This document shows, in pieces, positions 20,369 through 29,054 of a stretch of DNA of 64,000 bases. Source of the DNA: a virus; the IMG/VR virus record IMGVR_UViG_3300044591_000896, positions 1-64,000 of that record. The stretch is one strand, 5' to 3'. Position 1 is the first letter of the stretch. Each line of letters opens with the position of its first letter. Made by a program: the position numbers and the translations under genes. Under the pieces are notes generated by a model that was not told the origin of the DNA, searched no databases, and worked only from the letters and a program-made list of their open reading frames with translations.

Positions 20369-20509
20369 AACTAAATAATCGAAACAGGGGCAGTTTAAGA
20401 GAGTGTTCTCGCCCAATGTCGTAAGTAAGAACTCTCTCCCTTCGGGGAAATGTCAGACCCCCCTGCTATACTATCCACTAACAACAACCCACCAACGAAA
20501 GGTAACACA

Positions 20510-20926
20510 ATGTCAAGAGCAATCACAGTAAAGGTGGCAACACCTAAAGTAATCAAGGCTTTGGAAACAAAGTTAGCAACAATCAAGAAGGACTATGCAG
20601 AGCAAGGTGCAAACGAGGCTAAGTATGAAAAGGCTCGTAAGGCTTGGCAGAAAGAACTTCAGGATTATGCAATCGCAAACATCAAGAAGTCAGAGAACCT
20701 TCGCACAAACTATCGTTCTTGGAATAACACACTCAACATTGACTTTGATTTGACAGTATCCGAAAAGGATTTGCCAAAAGAGCCTGAGCGTGATTTTACA
20801 GTTATGCACCAACACTCATACAATGAAATTGTAGAGGACATTACAAATGCTCTCACAATTCTAAAGATGACAGATGAGGAAACAGTAAATGCTTCTACAA
20901 TGAAGCAAATTGCTCGTTATCTCTAA
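20510..20926 (+). CDS. Hypothetical coiled-coil protein
   Basis: GAAAGG RBS; start reassigned downstream of promoter 20451. Confidence 0.65.
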   Translation: MSRAITVKVATPKVIKALETKLATIKKDYAEQGANEAKYEKARKAWQKELQDYAIANIKKSENLRTNYRSWNNTLNIDFDLTVSEKDLPKEPERDFTVMHQHSYNEIVEDITNALTILKMTDEETVNASTMKQIARYL

Positions 20927-20963
20927 ATAATTTGGGGGGCAGAACTAAAGTCCTGAACCCAAA

Positions 20964-20990
20964 CGACCTGAGTAAGTCGCCAAACTGCTC
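20964..20990 (+). ncRNA. Mini H-type pseudoknot motif, copy 1
   Basis: CGAC-CTGAGTAA-GTCG-CC-AAAC-TGCTC. Confidence 0.5.
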
Positions 20991-21025
20991 TCCCTTATGG
21001 GACAACTACTAACAAAGGTAATACA

Positions 21026-21286
21026 ATGGCAAATCGTTTTAGAGTTGAAATCTATGACGCAAACAAAATGAATGACATCACAATCTATTCAGATCAAGGT
21101 GTTGATAAAGAATACTTAACTGAATTAGTATTCAGCAACATCAGAAACTTTAGCGGAAGAGTTAATGCTTATGTTTTTGATAATGTAAAAAAGAAAAAGA
21201 CAACTGCATTATTTTTTGATGAGAAGACAGTTGAAAAAGTTAATTCAATTACACGTGGCTTAAAGAAAATGGAGTTGGGGTTATAA
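21026..21286 (+). CDS. Hypothetical protein
   Basis: AAAGG RBS. Confidence 0.6.
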   Translation: MANRFRVEIYDANKMNDITIYSDQGVDKEYLTELVFSNIRNFSGRVNAYVFDNVKKKKTTALFFDEKTVEKVNSITRGLKKMELGL

Positions 21287-21467
21287 ACCCCAGCTTCGCC
21301 CGCAATATTGCGGGGTTATCCACAGGTTTACGACTGCTTGTGGAAAACGCCTGAATTTTTGTGAGATTACTCACATGGATCAAATCGGACAAATGACTAA
21401 CTAATCTAGACAATGTCAGTGCCACCTGTTATAATTGCTTAATCAACCAATCGAAAGGAATAAATCC

Positions 21468-22472
21468 ATGGCTCATAATCTAGAAATGGAAAATGGCGAA
21501 GTTGCATTTGCACTTCGTGGCGCACCTGCTTGGCATAATCTTGCCAATCGTATTTTCTCACAAGATGAGGAAGTAACTACACAATCTATGCTTGAAGAAG
21601 CAAAGTTATCAAATTGGAATGTTCGTCTATCTCCAATCACTGAGCACATTCCAGAATCTTGGAATGATGTATCTACTGCATCTCTTGTCATTCGTGATAA
21701 TCCATTCAATGGCGGAACTGATGTTCTTGCTACTGTTGGTAAGCGTTACAAGCCTGTGCAGAATGAAGAATTGTTTGCATTTGCTGATGCAATTCACGAT
21801 GCCAATGCTGATTGCCGTTGGGAATCTGCTGGCTCACTAAAGAAGGGCAAAGTTGTATTCGGTACTGTGGATATTCCTCGTACAATGGTTCTTGACCCAC
21901 AAGGTGCTAACGATGAAACTAAACTCTATCTAATTGTTTGGACATCACACGATGGTTCTGTTGCGGTGCAGGCTGCCGTTACTCCTGTTCGTGTTGTATG
22001 CCAAAACACTCTCAACCTTGCAATGAAAAGCGCAAAGCAATCTTTCAAGATTCGCCACACGCAATCTGTTGAAGGTCGCATTCAAGTTGCTCGTGAAACT
22101 CTTGGGCTTGCTCTTGGATACTTTGATGAATTCGAAAAAGAGGCTCAATCTCTTTACACTCAGGCAATTACTGATGCTGAATTCTCTAAGTTGATTCAGA
22201 CAATCTATCCAAAGCCTGAAAAGGATTCTAAGGGTGCGCTAAAGAAGTGGGAAAATAAGGTTGTTCTACTTGATGACCTTTATCATAACTCACCAACTAA
22301 CGCTACAATCAAGGGAACAAAGTGGGGCGCATTCAATGCACTTACTGAGCGACTTGATTACTATCGTTCAGGTCGTGGTAATTCTGAATCACTAATGGCT
22401 GGTGCATCAGGATTTGACCCTGTACTAACCGCAGAGAAAAATAAAATTCTCAAGTTAGTAAAATCATTTTAA
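21468..22472 (+). CDS. DUF932 family phage/plasmid protein
   Basis: AWH.L, PVQNEE.F.F, SHDGS, TPVRVVCQNTL, GT.WG..NA.TE..D. Confidence 0.85.
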   Translation: MAHNLEMENGEVAFALRGAPAWHNLANRIFSQDEEVTTQSMLEEAKLSNWNVRLSPITEHIPESWNDVSTASLVIRDNPFNGGTDVLATVGKRYKPVQNEELFAFADAIHDANADCRWESAGSLKKGKVVFGTVDIPRTMVLDPQGANDETKLYLIVWTSHDGSVAVQAAVTPVRVVCQNTLNLAMKSAKQSFKIRHTQSVEGRIQVARETLGLALGYFDEFEKEAQSLYTQAITDAEFSKLIQTIYPKPEKDSKGALKKWENKVVLLDDLYHNSPTNATIKGTKWGAFNALTERLDYYRSGRGNSESLMAGASGFDPVLTAEKNKILKLVKSF

Positions 22473-22480
22473 CTAAATGA

Positions 22481-22512
22481 TTAACGGGGGAGAGAAATCT
22501 CCCCCGTTTTAT
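22481..22512 (+). terminator. Intrinsic terminator
   Basis: AACGGGGGAGA-GAAA-TCTCCCCCGTTTT. Confidence 0.75.
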
Positions 22513-22514
22513 TT

Positions 22515-22588
22515 GGTTCGTTAGCTTAGTTGGATAAAGCGCTACCCTGTCACGGTAGAGATCACGGGTTCAAGTCCCGTACGAATCG
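22515..22588 (+). tRNA. tRNA-Asp(GUC)
   Basis: GGTTCGT/ACGAATC acceptor; CTACC-CT-GTC-AC-GGTAG; GGTTCAAGTCC. Confidence 0.92.
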
Positions 22589-22746
22589 CAATAAATATTT
22601 ATGCACATTCATGCATAATTATTCGCCCGCAATGTTAAGGGAAAATTTGTTGTGTTACGGATCACATAAAAAAAGCCCTGAAAACTATAGACAAATGTCA
22701 GTGGGGTCCTGTACAATACTCCTATATAACAACGAGAGAGGTAAAT

Positions 22747-23172
22747 ATGTCAAATAGAACTAAAGGATATACTGGAACAATTGTTGACGGCAAGAAGCTT
22801 GCTGAAATTGCAAACGGTATTTATAATCTACAGTATAGCTCAGACTTTTCTGAGTGCACAGTAGATAATCTATTGTTCATTGAACTAGAAGAGAAGAATG
22901 TTTTTGGTGATCCAAAATATGCTCTTGTATGCTCAGAAGGTGTTGGTTGGGAACAAGATACATATGGTTGCTTGGAAGTCCCTACTAATATTGGACAAAT
23001 GGGCCTATGGAATGGACGTGTATTTATCTCAGTAGATACTGTTAAGTCTTGCCTTACTGATAAGACTGAGGATATATCAGATTACATTAGAGTCTTTGGC
23101 TCCCGCCTTGATTCTAACTGTTCCCTATGGCAATCCAAAATGTCAGTGGCCTCTGGTACACTAGCGATATGA
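22747..23172 (+). CDS. Hypothetical protein
   Basis: GAGAGG RBS after promoter 22696. Confidence 0.6.
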   Translation: MSNRTKGYTGTIVDGKKLAEIANGIYNLQYSSDFSECTVDNLLFIELEEKNVFGDPKYALVCSEGVGWEQDTYGCLEVPTNIGQMGLWNGRVFISVDTVKSCLTDKTEDISDYIRVFGSRLDSNCSLWQSKMSVASGTLAI

Positions 23173-23831
23173 CCAACGAACTCATATCAAGTAAGTATAC
23201 ATTTGTCTGTGACCCAGATGAATGCGACTCATTAATTGAATTAACATCCTCAGACGGATTTGGATTCCCGTCTGGTGTGATGGAACTCACATGTCCATGT
23301 GGCCGTAAGACTACCTTATTGTCAGTGGAGCATGCTACAATTGCACCTTCAAACCAAACGAAAGAGGAAACCATGGAAACAACAATTGGCTCAGATGCAT
23401 TCCACTCACCTGCAGTAGAATACAATCCTGATTTACTAGTTACATATAAAGTAATCAAGGGTTACTCTGACCCTGAATTCACAACATCAAAGGTTACCAG
23501 TCTTGAGTGGGACCTACACAATGGACGACAATCACAAAAGCGTGTTGGTCTTCTTGAATCTAACATTAACACAGTTAAAGATATTATTACTGAAGTTTAT
23601 TCAGACTCAGATGACCAAGATACACTTCGTTCAATCGCTGAAGCGCTTGGCATTGAATTAACTCGAACAGTTGAATTCACTGCAACCATTGAGGTTAGTG
23701 GAACAATTGACCTTAACTTACTTGAAGACTATGACTTCGAAACAGAAATCACAGATAATCTTTATGTTGATTCACAGAGTGGCAACATTGAGATTGGCGA
23801 TACTGAAATCTGTTATGTGAGGGAAGCATAA
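23169..23831 (+). CDS. Hypothetical protein with N-terminal Zn-ribbon and probable internal start at 23373
   Basis: Leaderless start after promoter 23141; internal promoter 23320 plus AGAGGA RBS. Confidence 0.55.
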   Translation: MTNELISSKYTFVCDPDECDSLIELTSSDGFGFPSGVMELTCPCGRKTTLLSVEHATIAPSNQTKEETMETTIGSDAFHSPAVEYNPDLLVTYKVIKGYSDPEFTTSKVTSLEWDLHNGRQSQKRVGLLESNINTVKDIITEVYSDSDDQDTLRSIAEALGIELTRTVEFTATIEVSGTIDLNLLEDYDFETEITDNLYVDSQSGNIEIGDTEICYVREA

Positions 23832-24780
23832 TGTATTTTGAACTTACTGCTCCATCTCAGGTAGCCTTTGCACGGGCTACCTGGGAAGCGGAGTTGATTG
23901 GGTTGGACCCAATGACAATTGCACCATTGACTTTCAATATCGGAACTGGTAGTATTGAGAAGGTAAGTCGTATTCGTGATAAGTATAATCTAATAGAATC
24001 ATACACATCAGACTACGAGCCAACAGGATACACAGGGAGATAATATGTCAGACTACAGAGATGGCTTTGATGACGGTTACAAATTTGGTCGTGAAGAACT
24101 AATTGAAAAACTAAGAGAGATTGATATCTCAGATATCGATTCTTGGTTAGTTGATAAGTTAGCAGACATGATCGAAGGTAACGAGATATGAGTTGGATTG
24201 CATGCGATAAGTGTGGAGATTCAGCCCAAGCTAAATGGATAATTAAATTAGTTGAAGGCGAACTATACTTCTGTGGTCACCATAAAAATAAATATGAGGC
24301 GGGCCTTGCCAAGGTCTCATATGAAATGATAGAATTAGACAAGGTCGAAGAAGTACTACTACTAGAAGAGGCGGAAATATAATGGGAGATAGAGCAAACT
24401 TCGGATTTAGACAGAGCAATGGCGATGTTATTGTTTTGTACGGTCACTGGGCTGGACATGAGATGCTAGCACAATTAGCAAGCGCTGTTGATGCGGCACG
24501 TCCTCGCTGGACCGATGAGGGATATGCAACACGTATTGCTATTTCTCAACTCGTGGGCCAAGACTGGGAGTCGACAACTGGTTGGGGAATTTATATTAAT
24601 ACAATTCCTGACAATGAGCACAAGATTCCTGTAATCGATTGGCGCAGTGGGACCTTTAGTCTTCATGAGGAAGCATCCTATGATGAAAGCACAAAGGTCC
24701 ATGGCATGTCAGATGAACCAATGTTTTCACAAACACTGGATGCATTTGTAAATAAATATTCCTTGGTGCTTTCTAAGTAA
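23831..24780 (+). other. Coupled early ORFs (23831-24043, 24045-24191, 24188-24382, 24382-24780)
   Basis: Overlapping start/stop codons; 24188 ORF has CxxC...FCGHH zinc motif. Confidence 0.65.
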
Positions 24781-25078
24781 CACGGAACCATATGGTGCCT
24801 CTATCAGTCATTAAATGGCCAGGGGTTAAATAAAGCAGAGTTCTTTTACTTTCGTTGGTGATACTCTAGCAGCCTATATAATAGCTTGACAAATCATGAT
24901 CTGGCCCGCAAAAACATAAGGGTAACATATTTTGTTTACGAGGTCAATTTAAAATCGCCTGAAATTCTGTGATCTTGACCACATGCATACAAAATGTGGT
25001 GTGGAACACACCCAAATAGTATTCCATTTGTCAGTGGTCCAGTGTATAATTCTCATATATCAAACGAAAGGATATAAT

Positions 25079-25852
25079 ATGCCAAACTGGGTATATAACA
25101 CATTGACTATTCAAGGACCTAAATCTGAGGTAGATATGATTAAAGATAGATTGAATGCTCCATTTACATTAGCACAGGAGACATTTGGTATGGGTGATAT
25201 TTCTTCTATGGGTTTCCCCACCAAAATTAAATTAGTTGAATATAATAATCCTGTCTTTGCTTTCTATAATATCCACTCATATAAGGATGACGGCATTACT
25301 GATGAGGAATATGCCTGCCAGCCTACACGTTCAGGTGCAGATATCAAAGACCCTAATTGGTTTGCACAAGAAGTAGCACATGCCAAGACTCAAAAAGATT
25401 GGTACTCATGGAACAATACTAACTGGGGCACCAAATGGGATGTAGCCGTATCAGATGATGACAAATATCCAAACACAGAATTACTTGAATATAAATCAGA
25501 GGGTGATGACAACTGGGTTGTCTATAAGTATGAAACTGCTTGGTCACCTGCTGTAACCATTCTAACTAAACTAAGTAATCTTGTTCCTAACTGCCTACTT
25601 ACTTTGGAGTATGAAGAGGAGACAGGTTGGGGTGGAGAATATGAGATTGTCCGTGGTGATGTTAAAACTATTCTAGAATATGAGAATCGTTGCTATGCTT
25701 GCCAATCTTTTGATACATTATCTTATTGTGAAGATGACTGCGGTGAATTCTGCTCTGAATGTAACCAAGGTTCTTGGCAAGATGAAGAGGCTATGAAAGA
25801 ATGTCAGACCCACATGGTACTATTAGAAACTACAGAAAAGGTGAAAGCATAA
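25079..25852 (+). CDS. DUF1281/YubB ferredoxin-like domain protein
   Basis: MPNW..N.L.I.G, WY.W...NWGTKWD, ETAWSP. Confidence 0.8.
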   Translation: MPNWVYNTLTIQGPKSEVDMIKDRLNAPFTLAQETFGMGDISSMGFPTKIKLVEYNNPVFAFYNIHSYKDDGITDEEYACQPTRSGADIKDPNWFAQEVAHAKTQKDWYSWNNTNWGTKWDVAVSDDDKYPNTELLEYKSEGDDNWVVYKYETAWSPAVTILTKLSNLVPNCLLTLEYEEETGWGGEYEIVRGDVKTILEYENRCYACQSFDTLSYCEDDCGEFCSECNQGSWQDEEAMKECQTHMVLLETTEKVKA

Positions 25853-27098
25853 TGGAAGCATTTACAGATACAGTTGGAGAACATATCCTTGGAGCAATTC
25901 AAGTAGATATTGAGCAACATCTATTTGAGCAATGGAATAGCAAAAACTTAGATGAAGGTAGCGATTATGCTGAATATATGTTCATGCAATTTGCTCCTGA
26001 TAGCCTAAAGCAATCATACAATGAGTATTATGGCTATATTGAGGGAGATGAGTTTCTACTATGATGTTAGGATACACATTAAACGATTTAGATGAAATGA
26101 GGGCTGTTGTTACTAAGGCTCTATATGATTCTAAGGGACTGCCGACTGAAAAAGGATTAGAAAAAACAGCAGACTTTTTAGACGGGCTTTGGTCGGAGGG
26201 CTACTTTGACTAGATCATCACACTTCCTAGAATATATAAAGCTTCATTTAATTAGTCTTATCCAGGACTTAGATAACTTACATTCAACTGATGATAACTT
26301 TAAATTTGTTGAAGGACAAATTGAGGCAACCAGGCATTTATTGTCAGTGGCTACTGATATAATGAACTCTTCTAACGAAAGGTATAACAATGAATAATGA
26401 AGACATTGGGCTCCCGCCCCATTTACAGCGCATGGTCAACGCAGGTGTATCAGGCCTTGACATCATGCATGGAGAACTAAAAAACCTAATGCTTATTGCC
26501 GAGCAAGAACTTGCAGAGGCCCAAGCAATTGAGGATGAGTCAGAAGAAGCAATGGACTCTATGGACCGCACACGTTGTGAAGGTGCCCTTGATACATTAG
26601 TGTCTTTATATGATTTAACATATCAACTATCATTTGCGATTGGAGCACGTAATGAAGCCTGAAGATAAAGACAAACTAAATGAATGTTTAAAGATTCTAG
26701 ATAGCACTGACCTTGGTCTGTCCCTGGTTTGGCTATGGACCTGGTCCACAATCAACAACATCTTTGAGGATGAAAGTTACAAGCAGAAGGTTACTATCGA
26801 TCAAATGTGGGACAACCTCTGTGAGGCTGTGGAGGCTGGAATGGGCTTCTCACTGGAGTACGGGGCGGAACAGCACCAAGAAGATGTCCTTGAATGGATG
26901 TTAAATCGTGAATACATTGTAGACACAATGTTTGAAGAAGAGGAAGAAGACGAAGATGAAGATGACTGATGAATACATCAATGATCAATTAAATACAGCA
27001 CAAAAGCTTTTGTGGGGTGGGTCAGAAACAGAAAACATTGAGGCCCATAACATCATTGCTAGATTAATTAAAGATAGAGTTGAACAGACCAATTTAGT
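25852..27098 (+). other. Coupled acidic early ORFs (25852-26064, 26206-26397, 26390-26662, 26652-26969 and short neighbours)
   Basis: Tightly packed plus-strand ORFs; functions unknown. Confidence 0.6.
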
Positions 27099-27194
27099 AT
27101 AAGGGCAAGAAAAAAGGCTTACGGTGACTATTTACAAATCCGTGAAAAGTTGCTATAATTAATACAAATCAATTATCTCGAAAGGATAAATCAA

Positions 27195-27344
27195 ATGACA
27201 ACAAAGCGTGAATATCTAAAGCAGCAGGGCATTACAGTTGGAGCACGAGGACGTTTCTCAGGAGCAGCCAAGGTAGCTTTGCAAGAGGCAGTACAGAAGG
27301 GCATTACCTTCACTGCAGAAAAGCCTGTATCAAAGGCTAAGTAA
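27195..27344 (+). CDS. Lsr2-like DNA-binding mini-protein (49 aa)
   Basis: GAAAGGA RBS; KREYLKQQGITVGARGRFS resembles the Lsr2 C-terminal RGR AT-hook domain; not in ORF track. Confidence 0.65.
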   Translation: MTTKREYLKQQGITVGARGRFSGAAKVALQEAVQKGITFTAEKPVSKAK

Positions 27345-27436
27345 CTAACTGTGGGGCTGGCAATAGCGGTGGGATCCGTGGGCATTGCCAGCCTCGCTTC
27401 ATTTTGGTATAATGTAAGATTGACGAGAGGCGGACT

Positions 27437-27853
27437 ATGAGCAAGACACCAACAGACAAAGTAATGGAATCATTAGTTAATCTAATTGAGCAAGCATACT
27501 TCAATCCTGCACAGGTAGGTCGTTATCTATCTGAGCAACCATACTACACAACTGACCGCACAATGGAAATGATTACTGAAATCATTACACATATTGCAAG
27601 ACGGGCACAGCAAGAACAAGTTGCTGGTAAAACATCAGACGGTCTCTATCTAGCAACTGAGTTAGCCTATGCCTTAGAAGCAATTAAAGAAACATATCAA
27701 TTCAAGACTCTCAAACTACCTAGAACTCTATCTGAGATATCGGCGGGGCTACCAAAAGTAGAACTAAAAGATATAAATAGGAACTACAGATATTCCTGGT
27801 TAGATAATAACAATGAACCAGAATCAGTTAGAATTGAACACCCGTTCTTCTAG
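27437..27853 (+). CDS. Hypothetical protein
   Basis: TTGCCA-N17-TATAAT promoter and GAGAGG RBS. Confidence 0.6.
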   Translation: MSKTPTDKVMESLVNLIEQAYFNPAQVGRYLSEQPYYTTDRTMEMITEIITHIARRAQQEQVAGKTSDGLYLATELAYALEAIKETYQFKTLKLPRTLSEISAGLPKVELKDINRNYRYSWLDNNNEPESVRIEHPFF

Positions 27854-27872
27854 CCAATGTTCCACAAATTAG

Positions 27873-27902
27873 ATCCACATCCACAGGGTGTGGATTTTTT
27901 TT
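27873..27902 (+). terminator. Intrinsic terminator ending the plus-strand block
   Basis: ATCCACAT...GTGTGGAT followed by T run. Confidence 0.65.
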
Positions 27903-28341
27903 GTGATCAAAATGTGTGGGCTTGTGGGCAAAAATTCCCTTTTACGACGAGCTAAAAAATACGCCTGAAATTGTATATAAATGTCGACAAATCTATATAG
28001 AATCATATAACTATTTAAACAAATGTGTGCAGAATTAGCCAAAATCTGTCAAAATTTTTCCATGAAATCTATTGACAATGTGGGCAAAATATGCCTTTTA
28101 CGAGGGCATTGACAAAATCCCTGAAATTTGCATGCATATACAAATGTCGACAAAATGATTGACATTACGGCATCTATATGATAGGGCATGTCCCATTACA
28201 TGTATATCTAAATACATATATATCTGTAGTAATTGTCGACTTATCTATAACCATATTACTCCACAATACTCCACTTTACTCCACATATAAAGCCTCTAGG
28301 AGGCTGATAGAGAGGAGATAATTGGGAGGGGGATATAGGAG

Positions 28342-28830
28342 TTAAGGCGCATATTTGCCACGTATGTTGGCATTAAAGTATGTGCCAGATGTATTCCTAG
28401 ACCATCTGGATATGACATCGTATGTCATTTCATATGTTCTTTCAGTTGGAGCAGATGTTGATCCAGGAGGCCAATTAACATTTACTTGAAATACAGCTTC
28501 ATCTGATCCAGTATCTCCAATTGATTCATATATTAGAGTTGCATTTACTTCAGCTGGGTCTTCTTTCATATTTAGTGGATATTTAGCTTTAGATGGAGTT
28601 ATTGAAAAATTAAACTCATCTGTATCTATATCTTGTCTTACATTCTCTATCCACCATATATAAGCATCATCATCGTTTAAAGGCCATTCTAGTCCCTCTA
28701 GTAAGAATGCCATTGCTACTTCTTCTGAGACCCCGCCTTCTCTTGATATGGTCAAAGCCTCAAGATCAAGTTCATCCTTATATTCATCATATGAAGCCTT
28801 AATTAAATCAGAAACCAGGACCTTTTTCAT
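28342..28830 (-). CDS. Hypothetical protein
   Basis: 162-aa ORF coupled to upstream gene. Confidence 0.5.
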   Translation of the reverse strand: MKKVLVSDLIKASYDEYKDELDLEALTISREGGVSEEVAMAFLLEGLEWPLNDDDAYIWWIENVRQDIDTDEFNFSITPSKAKYPLNMKEDPAEVNATLIYESIGDTGSDEAVFQVNVNWPPGSTSAPTERTYEMTYDVISRWSRNTSGTYFNANIRGKYAP

Positions 28831-29054
28831 AGGTGAATCTCATTTACAGGCTCTTTAGACCAGTGTATATATGATCTAATATAGACTATTCCATAGGCTA
28901 CGGCTGCAAAGATAAATCCGTATTGCTTTGTTGTTACAGCATAAATGATCCATAGGAACTCATTAAATAATAACAGTAGCCATCCCCATATTGTCTTCCG
29001 CCCAACAAAGAATATGCCTGTTACACCAATTGCTGCTAATATATATGACCACAT
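28827..29054 (-). CDS. PnuC-like small membrane protein
   Basis: GRK.IWGW, W..Y....QYG pattern; three TM segments; leaderless. Confidence 0.55.
   Translation of the reverse strand: MWSYILAAIGVTGIFFVGRKTIWGWLLLLFNEFLWIIYAVTTKQYGFIFAAVAYGIVYIRSYIHWSKEPVNEIHL

Larger units (their letters stand above)
19461..21347. promoter_or_regulatory. DnaA boxes
   Basis: TTATCCACA at 19461, 19482, 21316; TGTGGAAAA at 21339. Confidence 0.7.
15555..24983. promoter_or_regulatory. Dispersed CRP/GlxR-type boxes
   Basis: Perfect TGTGA-N6-TCACA at 15555, 15814, 16815, 19503, 20088, 21360; one mismatch at 18252, 22651, 24968. Confidence 0.8.
15604..26363 (+). promoter_or_regulatory. 14 PafBC-type promoters TGTCAG-N10-TANNNT
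   Basis: TGTCAG at 15604, 16880, 17568, 18310, 18573, 19552, 20142, 20451, 21414, 22696, 23141, 23320, 25029, 26342, each exactly 10 nt before TANNNT. Confidence 0.85.
16715..28125 (+). repeat. Nine dispersed copies of (GCCCGCAA)...GGG-N13-TTACG-N17-CCTGAA
   Basis: TTAYG at 16745, 18258, 19473, 21328, 22655, 24936, 27119, 27942, 28098 with invariant spacing. Confidence 0.85.

Noticed and set aside
20450-20509. Apparent shared peptide motif (MSDPPAIL / MSVxxxxI) in several early ORFs
   Set aside because: It is the translation of the TGTCAG-N10-TANNNT promoter, not a protein motif.
22530-22757. 75-aa plus-strand ORF
   Set aside because: Overlaps tRNA-Asp, a repeat element and a promoter; likely spurious.
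24046-24067. TGTCAG at the start of the 24045 ORF as another PafBC-type promoter
   Set aside because: No TANNNT at the +10 position.
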